A stretch of DNA of 50,732 nucleotides, taken from Candidatus Omnitrophota bacterium (GTDB lineage Bacteria > Omnitrophota > Gorgyraeia > Tantalellales > Tantalellaceae). Under the pieces are notes generated by a model that was not told the origin of the DNA, did no database searches, and saw nothing but the letters and a program-made list of their open reading frames with translations. The position numbers were made by a program, and so were the translations under genes. Below, piece by piece: positions 17,079 through 26,789 of this stretch (the first letter of the stretch is position 1; each line of letters begins with the position of its first letter). The stretch spans positions 1 through 50,732 of the forward strand of contig JBDRBG010000022.1 of the NCBI GenBank assembly GCA_043823005.1, given 5' to 3'.

Positions 17079-20000
17079 TTACACCGAAAGCAATGCCTTT
17101 CTTTGTGCTTTATTTTTATCTATTATCACCTCAATGTCTTTTTTCACTGCTCTGGGCAGAAAAATCAAAAGTTTCTCTTGGAAATTAGAACGAGATCTAT
17201 CGACATATTCAAGCTCTGAAATATCGCTTCCCTTAAACGCTTTAATTGCGGCACGTAACATTCCAAAAAACCTAAGGTCCCAATAGCATCCTACCGTTAA
17301 AAGATTCATATCAAATTGCGAAGAATCGATTCCCGCTAGAAATGCCCTTTTATCAAGAACGATTTTCTCGTCTTTCCACTTACCCTTAAAATAATCGAGC
17401 GCTTCCATACTGCCTAATACCATTACATCAGAAAAATCTCCAGGAACAACCAGATTATCTGTAATTTCCCGCGCCCAGGATTCAATTGATTCATATTGCT
17501 TTTCCCTGCCGGACCATTTTCGAATAACCACATTTATATTATCAATCCCCATAGATTCCAGCGCTCCTTTCAAAAGTAAAGGACTGCTCACAATCGAATT
17601 GACCATATCCCGCACACTTCGATCTTCAATAAAACCCGGAATCCAGCTAAAATCAAAAGCCATAGTAACGGTTTTTCCTTCGCGTCCGGCGCTCCTGGCG
17701 CACATAATAATAGCGGCAAAAATATCATTGACGATTAACTCATTCTTCTGATTATTCTTATCAGGCTTTTTTGTTTTGAATTCTTTTTTTGCTTCATCCA
17801 CAGCATGTAAAATAATTTTATCCAAACCTCCACCGGATGATTTATTCTTTAGCTCAACCCCTTTTAATTGTTCAGAATTCTTCACACTCTTTCCTTTTAC
17901 ATTCAAATTCCTTTGTTTTACCGGCAAAAGACTTATTGCTTTCCCTGTTTTTTCCGATATTATCCTTTTTTCGACCAAACTGTCTATCATCGCTTTATGA
18001 ACCTGATTACTCCCGTTATTTGTACCGACAGCCATATTTCGGTCCGATAAAACTGTGTGAAAATCACTGCCATTAGTCGTTAATAATCGGTTCTTTATTG
18101 CCAACCCGTTGAAATAAATCGAATCTATGGGTTCCTGTCCCCGGGAAAAAGCCTCGATACCCGCTAATCCACAACTCTTTAATTTAGATATCATTTTTTC
18201 AAAACTCTCAGCACCCATTGCTTCTTTCTGTCCGCTTGGATGAGCAAATATCGAATATCCTTTATTGCTATTGATGAATTTAATAACCGTCTCCGTATTA
18301 TCCAGCCACCAGACTCCGCCGTCTTCCTGTTTTCCAGGCTTGCCAAAATATTCATATGGATGATCGAGAAAATACCCATTAAGCATATAAATACAATCTC
18401 TGATAAGTTTTTTCTTGCCCTCAGAATCACTTCTAACCCCCGCTTCTTCGATCTTATCAGCCAGCTGTTTTTCCATTGTTAATATAGCCTTCGACTTGTC
18501 TTTTCCAAGCTTTAGTTTATATCCTTTTTTTATACACAGGTCAAAAAGATACTCTAACGGCATCGCAAACTCACTAAGACTTGAAGGTAATTTATTCCAA
18601 AATTCCGCCTCATTTCCCGGATTTTTCATAGCCGTTTCAATATCTTCCTCTCTCATCCTCTGTATTTCAACAAAAGTATCCGCATCAAAAGATCTGCCCC
18701 TAGCCCTTTCATCTCTTATCCCGGCCAATATCAATTCTCTGTAACTCATGCTGAATTCGGGGTTATATTCCTTTAATTTCGTCCAGGACATTAACACCCA
18801 TTTCTTAAACACATTTGCCGAAAATCTCAGTTTTTTATGTAGTTCATTTAACCTGTCAAAATAATCTTTTTCTTTTTCATCAGAAAGCCTCGGGAAAAGC
18901 CCTACTATATCGGCACAATAAAAATTCCCCTTAAACAACGGTCTGCCATCCAAATCGTTACCCTGATAAAGACTAGTTATCTCCACTCCAGGAATCACTT
19001 CAACCCCCTGGCCAGAAGCTTTGCGCAAGAATTCAGGCGTATATATTTCCATATTCTCATGATCCGTTATAGCTATCACTTTAAGCCCTAATTTCCGAGC
19101 TTCATTAAGTATTTTTTCCGGCATCCATTGACCATCAGAAGCGGTGGAATGCATATGCATATCTATGCAGGGTTTCTCCGTTACTTTTTCAGGTATCATG
19201 CCGGATCGATAAATCAGGACTTCTTTTGATTTGAACATCCTTTCATGTTTTTCACCATCTAACACCATATTCATTTCAAGTATTTTTCTTCTCGCCGCCA
19301 AACAGATATTTTTATCATCACCGAAAATTAAAACCACATATTTTTTAAGTGGATTAAGATCCTGCCTTAACCACTCCAAATGACCAAATAAAGCATTTTC
19401 TGCCTTCTTATCGTTCGCATACTCATTCCACAGATCCGCGTCAAAAAGAATTACCTGGATGTCTTTTCCAAAAACCTCTGTGTAGCGATCCCGAAAAAAT
19501 ACGGATATCTCTTTTTCTTTAGCATGAAGTATTCTTGCCCACGGCGAATTTTTAACCGTTTTTTTCATAAGTTCCCCGAACTGGGTTTTAATTTCATTTC
19601 TTATAGCACCATCGTCACACCTTACAAGTTCCACACCGTTATCTTTGTATCCATCTCTATTCCTTGCATGTTCGGAAAGAGTAGGGTCCTCTACCCCATA
19701 CACGACCCTTCCAACCCCGTAAAACTCGGCAAGAGCCCTTGAACAAGCATAACATGAATCGATATTTATATACATAACGGCTTTGCTCCAATCATTGAAT
19801 CCTTTTGCCGCCGCCTCTTTTAATGCCTGCACTTCGGCATGCACCGCTTTTACCCCGTGTTCCGTAGGCTCATCTAGTTTTTTCCTGGATGTAGTCACAA
19901 TCACATTACCATTTTTATCCACTATCCGCGCAACTACAGGCAGTGTTTTAAAACTTTCATCCTCCGCCATTATTGATCCAGCATAATCGATAATGTCACG

Positions 20001-23000
20001 CATATGCTTTTTATCTTTTTCAGTAAACTTGCGGCTATAATCTACTGATTTTATAGCCTCCTCTTTATTCAGCTTATTACCCGGCATTATTTGACTCTTT
20101 TCATCCTCCGCGGGAAAATGAAGCATATCAGAAAGTATCTGTTCACGACCCGTTTTTTTTAAGTCATGCAGCTCTTTATCTGACATTTTCTGGGCATCCG
20201 CTGAAATCTCTTTGAACTTTTCTGTTCCTTTGACTTCATCAAACGCGTCAAGTATTTTTTTTAGTTCATCTTCAGGTATCTCTGACCTGTTTTTCAAATA
20301 TTCCCGCGTCTCATCCAAGGTTTCCAATCTAGAATCCTTATTCAAAAAGATCCGTTTAAAAAGATTCATTCCCTTTTCTATGATATCCGCAGCCACCAGC
20401 AAAGAGGCAATAAGCATAACTTCCCTTTTTTCGTCCAGGCTCCAATCAGTTCGTCCATCAAGATATCCGCTAAGTTCCCTGATATGATGATGAAAAAGAA
20501 CGGCAGTTTCAACTGCCCGGCTTATTGAAATCCCGTTATTTTTAGCCGCGCTTATAGCCGCACATGGTTCATAAATATCCAAAACAAAATCTTTGTCTTC
20601 ATCGCTAAACTCATTTCCTCTTTCAGCAAACATATCGCTAAAAAAACAGTATTCATTTACATTCCGTGATTTTTTTTCCGGAAGCAATATCCCCACTTCT
20701 TTGAATTTAGCCCTTACTCTTTTCTCTGCCTCCGGAGAGATATTTTCAGTCTTCTCCGGAGTGCCCAGATCATGGATAACACACGCAAAACTTACTTCAT
20801 CCGCCAATTTTTTGGGCAATCCCCATCTACGCCCCAAAAGCAACGCAATGCGCTTAACCCGCTGAGCGTGATTTTTTGCAAATTCACTTTTATAAAATTC
20901 AAGCGGATATCTTGATCCCACCGGCCCTGACTGATTGTTCCCGCTAATCGCTTCCCCTCCGACATAAAAAGATCCTGTTCCTTTCTGTTTTATCGGAATA
21001 GCCCTGGCAATTATTTTTGAAGTGATTTCACTGAATATTTTTCTGTTTTCAGGATTATTAAGTGTACTATCCGAAAATATTGTGCCCAGTTCGAGATAAT
21101 TGTTATTCTCTGTCGTAAGTATCATCCCGTTTGCAAGCATAAATAAATACGCTTTATCCCGGGCACGCGGGCTATACCGGGTATTAAGTTCCCGGAACTC
21201 TTGAGTAAGCGGCTCAACTACAGATTGAAAATCATCATACGAAAGAAAAAAAGGATCCTGGCTGCTGTTAGGATATAACATAACAGTCCTGCCTCTTCTT
21301 TCATATAAACTCAATTTCCAATGAAACGCAGGCATTCCTTTAGTTTCTTTCATCAACAAACGACCTATTTTTCGTAAATAGCTTTGATTTGTTTTTGTCA
21401 TAATAGTTAAAACCTGAATTTCTTTATCCTTATATTTCTCTTTCATCATCCTCAGCACCCGAAGTGTATCCGTAAAACGCCCTCTTGGTTTAGCGCCCTG
21501 CACATTTGAACTTTCATCATACCCGTTCAAAGGAAGTGATATCATATGAACATACGGCATAATTTTCTGCGCTCTCTCCTCATTCATAAACCTTCCATTC
21601 GTGTATAAAACCACGGTCATTCCTTTATCATAAGCATGTTTTAAAAGCTCCTGCAAACGGTGGGCTAAAAGAGGTTCGCCTCCTGTAAAAATTAAGCGTT
21701 TTACTCCGTTCTCATATAAACGATTTATCATTTTTTTCTTTTCTTCAAATCCGGACTCTATATGTTCGGGCATATTAACGCCAAAACATACAACACATTC
21801 TTCCGAACATTTTGTTGTAACAACAAAATCCATGCTTGGCGGCAACACTCCTCCTGCTACCAGACACTTTTCAGCCCGGCTGTTTTCGCTTACAGAAAAC
21901 CCGGACGGCTCCCCGATTAAAGTGCCGCATGTCACTGTTCTTACGTGAGATACGTCAGACAGGCTGCCTCCTGTACGAAAAGCAAAAATATTAGAAAAGC
22001 GCATGTCCTGTATAGCTTTTATATAAATATCCCTTTTATTTTCATCCGGTGGCTGAAAAACATCTGTAACAACATTTAAATTCGTTACTTTTATATGAAA
22101 AGCGCCTTCATATTTTTCCCTCCGGCATATAGAGTTAATTCTTTCCGCCATTAATCTCGCATCTTCTTGAGTATCATTTATACCTTCCATTAGAGTTACC
22201 CGAATGTCTAGGCGGTCAAGAATTTCAAAAGTCTTATTGTAGTCAATAGCAAATTTTATAATATCGTCAAAATCTGAAAGAAATTGGGGATTGCGAACTA
22301 ATTCCCTTCTTTTTTTATCATCCGAAGATTGCAAAGATAACTGCAGCATTGGCGGACGTATATTTTCATCCAAGCTAAAGATGCCTTCTGCCATTTTTTT
22401 CATTCTTTCCAGCATCTTTATATTTCCAACACTGCTTATACGCGTTTTTGTTATAATTTTTTCTTTTTCCAAATCATAAACCGCACCTAAAACTGCTTCT
22501 GGATAAAGAGCCGCTTCTCCCATACCCATCACACTTAATTGAATGTCTCCGGTTCCAAATAAAGGATCTATATTGTCTCTGACAAATTGTATAGCCAAAT
22601 CTACCTGGCCCTTTATCTCATCCCGCGTTAAACTAATATTAGGGATTTCTCCGTTTATTGTTTTTTCTCCGGTTCCGCAAAATTTACAACCAGGCGTATT
22701 CATGCAACCCGTAGCCACGGACACACAAATAGATTCCTGCCCGGGCCTTAAAACAGCAACTGTTTCAATACTTATGCCGTCTATACGATTGACCTCTGCT
22801 TTAAATAAAACATTCTTATTTTTTAAATCCAGTTTAATAGACTGAACCGTCAAAGTATCTGTTTTATAAGAATTGAGATCTATATTACTATATTTATATT
22901 TTAATTTCGGGATTTCAATTTCACGGACAGTAATTTTTCCTTTTTCCGTAATTATGTATCTCAAAAGCGTATTTGGATAAACAAAATACGACCTAAAGTG

Positions 23001-23630
23001 CCGCGGTCTATCCTGCTCTATTAATACGCCCCATACAGGGTTCCACGATTCAACAAAAAGCTTTTCTGCCTGATCTATGGTAAGATTTAAAGAATTAATA
23101 TGCGTAATAAGATCTGATATGAAAGAATCATGAGCAGCACTTAATCTCTTTGAATTTTCGGAATTCTGAAAGGAATCAATAGTATATTTAATTTCATACG
23201 GCCCGATGTTAAAGTTTTTCTTATTTCCTGCCCCGTTAAAAGGCTGCCTCTTATCCGATGTGAACTGAATGATACATTTTTTATCTGACTGCGCATAAGG
23301 TATCAATACTTTTTCACCTTTGATTTCTACTCCGGATAAATCTATCCCTGAAGGAGATCTGCCCAATTCAGAGGTCATTACTGATTCAAAATATTTAGGA
23401 GGAAGAGGTTTTAATCTTTTTTCCGGGTTACCCAATAAGTATTCGGCAATCGTATAAACAGTATTCAGTTCTTCTGCTATTTCCCTGAAATCCCGATCCT
23501 GTAAAAAAGAGTAAACAGCAATTTTGTCATATAACTTAAAAGGAGAGATTTCTACACCATAACAACATGTGTTTATTAAAAACACTCCCAAAACAAGTAT
23601 AATTATAATACTCCGAAGAATTCTATTCAT
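17079..23630 (-). CDS. Large multidomain protein (~2183 aa): signal peptide, RlmN/Cfr-like radical SAM, second radical SAM, HD, zinc deaminase, PHP phosphoesterase, C-terminal domain
   Basis: ATG 23630 with GGGTG upstream. N-terminus MNRILRSIIIILVLGVFLINTCCYG. Motifs ICVSVATGCMNTPGCKFCGTG/MGMGE/TCGTL; CSEECVVC/FTGGEP; HDLG; HAE..CYAC; DMHMHS..SDG/TDH/AHP/GSDFH. Confidence 0.92.
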   Translation of the reverse strand: MNRILRSIIIILVLGVFLINTCCYGVEISPFKLYDKIAVYSFLQDRDFREIAEELNTVYTIAEYLLGNPEKRLKPLPPKYFESVMTSELGRSPSGIDLSGVEIKGEKVLIPYAQSDKKCIIQFTSDKRQPFNGAGNKKNFNIGPYEIKYTIDSFQNSENSKRLSAAHDSFISDLITHINSLNLTIDQAEKLFVESWNPVWGVLIEQDRPRHFRSYFVYPNTLLRYIITEKGKITVREIEIPKLKYKYSNIDLNSYKTDTLTVQSIKLDLKNKNVLFKAEVNRIDGISIETVAVLRPGQESICVSVATGCMNTPGCKFCGTGEKTINGEIPNISLTRDEIKGQVDLAIQFVRDNIDPLFGTGDIQLSVMGMGEAALYPEAVLGAVYDLEKEKIITKTRISSVGNIKMLERMKKMAEGIFSLDENIRPPMLQLSLQSSDDKKRRELVRNPQFLSDFDDIIKFAIDYNKTFEILDRLDIRVTLMEGINDTQEDARLMAERINSICRREKYEGAFHIKVTNLNVVTDVFQPPDENKRDIYIKAIQDMRFSNIFAFRTGGSLSDVSHVRTVTCGTLIGEPSGFSVSENSRAEKCLVAGGVLPPSMDFVVTTKCSEECVVCFGVNMPEHIESGFEEKKKMINRLYENGVKRLIFTGGEPLLAHRLQELLKHAYDKGMTVVLYTNGRFMNEERAQKIMPYVHMISLPLNGYDESSNVQGAKPRGRFTDTLRVLRMMKEKYKDKEIQVLTIMTKTNQSYLRKIGRLLMKETKGMPAFHWKLSLYERRGRTVMLYPNSSQDPFFLSYDDFQSVVEPLTQEFRELNTRYSPRARDKAYLFMLANGMILTTENNNYLELGTIFSDSTLNNPENRKIFSEITSKIIARAIPIKQKGTGSFYVGGEAISGNNQSGPVGSRYPLEFYKSEFAKNHAQRVKRIALLLGRRWGLPKKLADEVSFACVIHDLGTPEKTENISPEAEKRVRAKFKEVGILLPEKKSRNVNEYCFFSDMFAERGNEFSDEDKDFVLDIYEPCAAISAAKNNGISISRAVETAVLFHHHIRELSGYLDGRTDWSLDEKREVMLIASLLVAADIIEKGMNLFKRIFLNKDSRLETLDETREYLKNRSEIPEDELKKILDAFDEVKGTEKFKEISADAQKMSDKELHDLKKTGREQILSDMLHFPAEDEKSQIMPGNKLNKEEAIKSVDYSRKFTEKDKKHMRDIIDYAGSIMAEDESFKTLPVVARIVDKNGNVIVTTSRKKLDEPTEHGVKAVHAEVQALKEAAAKGFNDWSKAVMYINIDSCYACSRALAEFYGVGRVVYGVEDPTLSEHARNRDGYKDNGVELVRCDDGAIRNEIKTQFGELMKKTVKNSPWARILHAKEKEISVFFRDRYTEVFGKDIQVILFDADLWNEYANDKKAENALFGHLEWLRQDLNPLKKYVVLIFGDDKNICLAARRKILEMNMVLDGEKHERMFKSKEVLIYRSGMIPEKVTEKPCIDMHMHSTASDGQWMPEKILNEARKLGLKVIAITDHENMEIYTPEFLRKASGQGVEVIPGVEITSLYQGNDLDGRPLFKGNFYCADIVGLFPRLSDEKEKDYFDRLNELHKKLRFSANVFKKWVLMSWTKLKEYNPEFSMSYRELILAGIRDERARGRSFDADTFVEIQRMREEDIETAMKNPGNEAEFWNKLPSSLSEFAMPLEYLFDLCIKKGYKLKLGKDKSKAILTMEKQLADKIEEAGVRSDSEGKKKLIRDCIYMLNGYFLDHPYEYFGKPGKQEDGGVWWLDNTETVIKFINSNKGYSIFAHPSGQKEAMGAESFEKMISKLKSCGLAGIEAFSRGQEPIDSIYFNGLAIKNRLLTTNGSDFHTVLSDRNMAVGTNNGSNQVHKAMIDSLVEKRIISEKTGKAISLLPVKQRNLNVKGKSVKNSEQLKGVELKNKSSGGGLDKIILHAVDEAKKEFKTKKPDKNNQKNELIVNDIFAAIIMCARSAGREGKTVTMAFDFSWIPGFIEDRSVRDMVNSIVSSPLLLKGALESMGIDNINVVIRKWSGREKQYESIESWAREITDNLVVPGDFSDVMVLGSMEALDYFKGKWKDEKIVLDKRAFLAGIDSSQFDMNLLTVGCYWDLRFFGMLRAAIKAFKGSDISELEYVDRSRSNFQEKLLIFLPRAVKKDIEVIIDKNKAQRKALLSV
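18050..19165 (-). other. PHP (TrpH-like) phosphoesterase domain
   Basis: DMHMHSTASDG, AITDHE, PGVEI, AHP, GIE, GSDFH. Confidence 0.9.
19600..20010 (-). other. Zn-dependent nucleoside/tRNA deaminase (TadA/CDA-like) domain
   Basis: PVVARIV, HAEVQAL, SCYAC, RVVYGVEDP. Confidence 0.85.
20180..21845 (-). other. Radical SAM domain (intact) plus HD domain
   Basis: CSEECVVC, FTGGEPLL, YTNG, then HAQRV...HDLG...FHHH...AADI. Confidence 0.88.
21915..22780 (-). other. RlmN/Cfr-like class A radical SAM methyltransferase domain
   Basis: IETV, ICVS..GC.....C..C.TG, MGMGE, SLQS, GINDT, TCGTL (equivalent to ACGQL). Confidence 0.85.
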
Positions 23631-23696
23631 GTAAGCACCCACATTATCACTAAAAAATCAGATCTTTGTAACGCACAATTAATATTCACACAAGAA

Positions 23697-23810
23697 AAGT
23701 CAAGATTTTGATTGTTTAACATATATTATATTTATTATAATACTATATGCCTTTAACTTATCAACCCCTAAATCTTGCTTTTTCCAGACTAACAGACGCT
23801 TTGCGTAAGT
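23697..23810 (-). promoter_or_regulatory. Promoter block shared with the 5.2k-aa gene (copy 2)
   Basis: Near-identical to 16394-16508. Confidence 0.8.
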
Positions 23811-23875
23811 CTTTACCGTTAAACAGCTTAACGCCTATTAAATAATCACACATTCTACAACTTTTCCAAAGTTTT

Positions 23876-24234
23876 TACCACAAAGACTCTGAGCCTCAGA
23901 GCCATAAAAAAACTAAAACCTTCCCACTCAGATTGCTTCGAAGCTCGTTTTCCTCGCTCCTCGCAATGACGAATGCAGTTTTGTCATTGCGAGCCGTGAG
24001 CCATGCGAACGGCGCGGCAATCTGAAATTTATTAACTATTTTCCAGAATTTTTACCGCAGAGGCTCTGAGTCATTCAAAAACTAAAAACAAAAATAAGGG
24101 GACTGGTACCAGCAAGGGATTATTCTCCTACAGGGGTACCTGTCCCCATCTGGAGACGGGTGATTCTCCCTCTGAGCTTTTTATTTTTTCAGTCAGATTG
24201 CGCGCCGTTCGCATAGCTCACGGTCCGCAATAAC
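23876..24234. repeat. Mixed intergenic repeat cluster
   Basis: Inverted family-1 pair at 23930-24023 with a spacer similar to that of 553-646. Degenerate copy at 24195-24234. GGGGACTGGTACC...GGTACCTGTCCCC palindrome at 24098-24147. ACCACA(A/G)AG-type repeats. Confidence 0.85.
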
Positions 24235-24238
24235 AGAA

Positions 24239-24288
24239 TTGGACAAATCGTTAATCCATTTGACAATTTGTCCAAAATATGATATTCT
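24239..24288 (+). promoter_or_regulatory. Promoter of first AAA gene with overlapping inverted repeat
   Basis: TTGACA (24260-65), 17 nt spacer, TATTCT (24283-88) with TGn. TTGGACAAAT...ATTTGTCCAA arms flank the -35. ATG is 9 nt downstream with no RBS. Confidence 0.7.
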
Positions 24289-24297
24289 TTAAATACT

Positions 24298-25458
24298 ATG
24301 ATAAAACGTATAATGGAAAAAGTAATAAAAAATTTATCTACAGGCTTCCCTTCTATAGCTTTAATTGGGCCGCGCCAATCAGGAAAAACTACGCTCGTAA
24401 AAAAAATCTTTCCCAAAAAACCATATGTTCTTTTAGAAGACCCTGAAACACAGCAATTTGCCATTAATGATCCGCGTGGTTTTTTATCCCAATTTCCCTC
24501 CGGAGCTGTTATTGACGAAGCGCAAAAAGCGCCTCAACTTTTTTCATATCTACAGGGAATTATAGATAAAGAAAACAAACCGGGAATGTTTATACTCACC
24601 GGATCACAAAATTTCTTATTAATGGAAAAAATCACACAATCACTCGCAGGACGTATTGCTATTTTAAAATTACTTCCATTCTCCGTTAAAGAGTTAAATT
24701 CAGCTAATATATCTTTTGAACATTATGAAGACTATCTGTTTAAAGGATTTTACCCTCGTCCATACGACATAAAAATTGATCCGTCTAATTTTTACTCAAA
24801 TTATGTTCAGACCTATTTGGAACGAGATTTACGTCTATTAAAAAATGTTCATGACCTGTCAACCTTTCATACTTTTCTTAAAATGTGCGCCCATCGTACA
24901 GGACAATTAGTTAATCTATCTTCCATAGCCAACGACTGCGGAATTAATCATAATACAGCAAAAGCATGGCTTTCACTTTTAGAAACAAGTTTTATAGTTT
25001 TTCTTCTGAGGCCATATTATAAAAATTACAACAAAAGACTTGTTAAAATGCCCAAACTCTATTTTACAGATCCCGGGCTCGCTTCATATCTGGCAGGAAT
25101 ACAAGATACTAACCATTTATCCAACCACCCGCTTAAAGGTCCTCTTTTTGAAACTTTGGTTATCAGTGAATTACTAAAAAAAAGGTTTAACTCGGCAAAA
25201 GATAATAATTTATATTTCTGGCGCGATAAAACAGGACACGAAATTGACTGTCTTATAGAGAACAGAAGTCAACTGTTTCCTATTGAGATCAAATCCGGCC
25301 GCACTATATCAGAAGACTATTTTAAAAATATAAAATACTGGAACAAGCTTTCAGGAAATGATCCCGCGCTATCGTACATTGTTTACGGCGGCACAGCTGA
25401 GCAAAAAAGAAAAACCGCCAACATACTAACATGGCAAAAAATATATACTCTTAATTAA
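24298..25458 (+). CDS. AAA_14 ATPase with DUF4143 (PD-(D/E)xK-like) C-terminus
   Basis: Walker A GPRQSGKT, Walker B IDEAQ, LTGSQ, KMPKLYFTDPG, EIDC...PIEIKS. Confidence 0.92.
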   Translation: MIKRIMEKVIKNLSTGFPSIALIGPRQSGKTTLVKKIFPKKPYVLLEDPETQQFAINDPRGFLSQFPSGAVIDEAQKAPQLFSYLQGIIDKENKPGMFILTGSQNFLLMEKITQSLAGRIAILKLLPFSVKELNSANISFEHYEDYLFKGFYPRPYDIKIDPSNFYSNYVQTYLERDLRLLKNVHDLSTFHTFLKMCAHRTGQLVNLSSIANDCGINHNTAKAWLSLLETSFIVFLLRPYYKNYNKRLVKMPKLYFTDPGLASYLAGIQDTNHLSNHPLKGPLFETLVISELLKKRFNSAKDNNLYFWRDKTGHEIDCLIENRSQLFPIEIKSGRTISEDYFKNIKYWNKLSGNDPALSYIVYGGTAEQKRKTANILTWQKIYTLN

Positions 25459-25526
25459 GTATTTATAAGAAGATAACCTTTCAGCATTCTCTATAGTTCT
25501 AAAAAAAATTGATACTTTTTTTCATC

Positions 25527-25592
25527 GTAGGAGCCGTCTCCTGACGGCGAACGCTACATTTTGTCGGGGCTCATCAGGAGACCCCTCCTATG
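25527..25592. repeat. Family-2 GTAG-type REP pair
   Basis: GTAGGAGCCGTCTCCTGACGGCGAAC followed by an inverted degenerate partner ending CCCTCCTAT. Confidence 0.75.
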
Positions 25593-25656
25593 TACCCAAA
25601 TCACATATAGTTATGACTTTTCACTTTTTCCGATATTCCAAATTTCAAAAATAGCA

Positions 25657-25684
25657 TTGATTTTTATAGGGCATATGGTATACT
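25657..25684 (+). promoter_or_regulatory. Promoter of HTH-Fic gene
   Basis: TTGATT, 16 nt spacer, TATACT with TG extension. RBS GGAGG at 25724-28. Confidence 0.6.
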
Positions 25685-25733
25685 ATAATTGTAGATAAAT
25701 TTTGATTGTGCCATATCATACCCGGAGGCAAAT

Positions 25734-26648
25734 ATGAAAGTTCCTTTCTTTTCTGACAGTGAAAAACTACAAAAAATTATCAACACCACTGGTATATCAC
25801 GAACAGCTCTTGCGAAACGGTTGGAAGTTGACTACAAAACAATCTGGCGTTGGCTGGACAATGGGGTAACTCCGCAAATTAGACAAAGCCGTTACATAGA
25901 CCAGCTTTTCAAAGAATATGTTTGTCTAAAAGAAATCGTTTTTAAATTAAAAAAGCACGTTAAAAACCCGCTTGAAATCTTAAAGCACGATGAAAAAATT
26001 CAAAACGATTTCTTCTCAAACATGACCTATCATTCCAATGCTATTGAAGGAAGCCGAATGACTTTGAAAGAAACAGAGGCGGCTATTGCCGGCAAAACAG
26101 TAAAAGGAAAGGAATTATTTGAAGTTCTGGAAGCTATTAATCACAAAAACGCTATGAAATATATGTTAAAAACAATCTCCCCGGACTTTAAAATCAACGA
26201 AAAGTACATTCTGAAATTACATGAAATAGTCATGTATAATTTTAACAATAAACTTCCCGGTGAATACAGAACAGGATATGTAAATTTGACCAATACTGAT
26301 ATAATCCTGCCTTCTGCCCAAGATGTACCCTTAAAAATGGGACAACTCATCAAGAAGATAAATTTCTACAACAACGATCCCATTACCAAAATAGCCAAAG
26401 ATCATTACGAATTTGAAATAATCCATCCTTTTTTTGACGGCAACGGCAGAGTAGGCCGCTTACTTATGGCAACTCAGCTCTTAAGCCAAGGTCTTACGCC
26501 GGCAGTAGTAAGGATAGAAGACAGATACAAATACTACATAGCATTAGAAAAATGTCATTCAGGAGATTTTAATAATATCACTCAAATGGTGTGCGACAGC
26601 ATAATGGCTGGGTATGAGTTATTTTTCCCTGCATTAGGGCATCTTTAA
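25734..26648 (+). CDS. Fic family AMPylase with N-terminal XRE-like HTH
   Basis: Fic motif HPFFDGNGRVGR. Inhibitory motif SNAIEG (class II). HTH ISRTALAKRLEVDYKTIWRW. Confidence 0.93.
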   Translation: MKVPFFSDSEKLQKIINTTGISRTALAKRLEVDYKTIWRWLDNGVTPQIRQSRYIDQLFKEYVCLKEIVFKLKKHVKNPLEILKHDEKIQNDFFSNMTYHSNAIEGSRMTLKETEAAIAGKTVKGKELFEVLEAINHKNAMKYMLKTISPDFKINEKYILKLHEIVMYNFNNKLPGEYRTGYVNLTNTDIILPSAQDVPLKMGQLIKKINFYNNDPITKIAKDHYEFEIIHPFFDGNGRVGRLLMATQLLSQGLTPAVVRIEDRYKYYIALEKCHSGDFNNITQMVCDSIMAGYELFFPALGHL

Positions 26649-26659
26649 AAGTGTGTTCC

Positions 26660-26750
26660 AATGGTTTCTGCCCACACCACGATATATTTTTTGAATTAAT
26701 CCTTCTTTTTGCAGAAAACTAAGCGCTTGTGTCGCAACTGACAAAGATTT
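26660..26750 (-). pseudogene. Fragment resembling an AbiEi-type antitoxin winged-HTH
   Basis: Translates KSLSVATQALSFLQKEGLIQKIYRGV, then an apparent frameshift. No start or RBS. Confidence 0.4.
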
Positions 26751-26789
26751 TTCTGCAAGAGATGCGGGAAGGTTTTTTGCGCGCCTTTA

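Noticed and set aside
21915-22780. Assigning gene symbols rlmN/cfr (likewise glmU, ppsA, tadA for other domains)
   Set aside because: These are divergent domains embedded in polyproteins. Orthology and resistance function cannot be supported.
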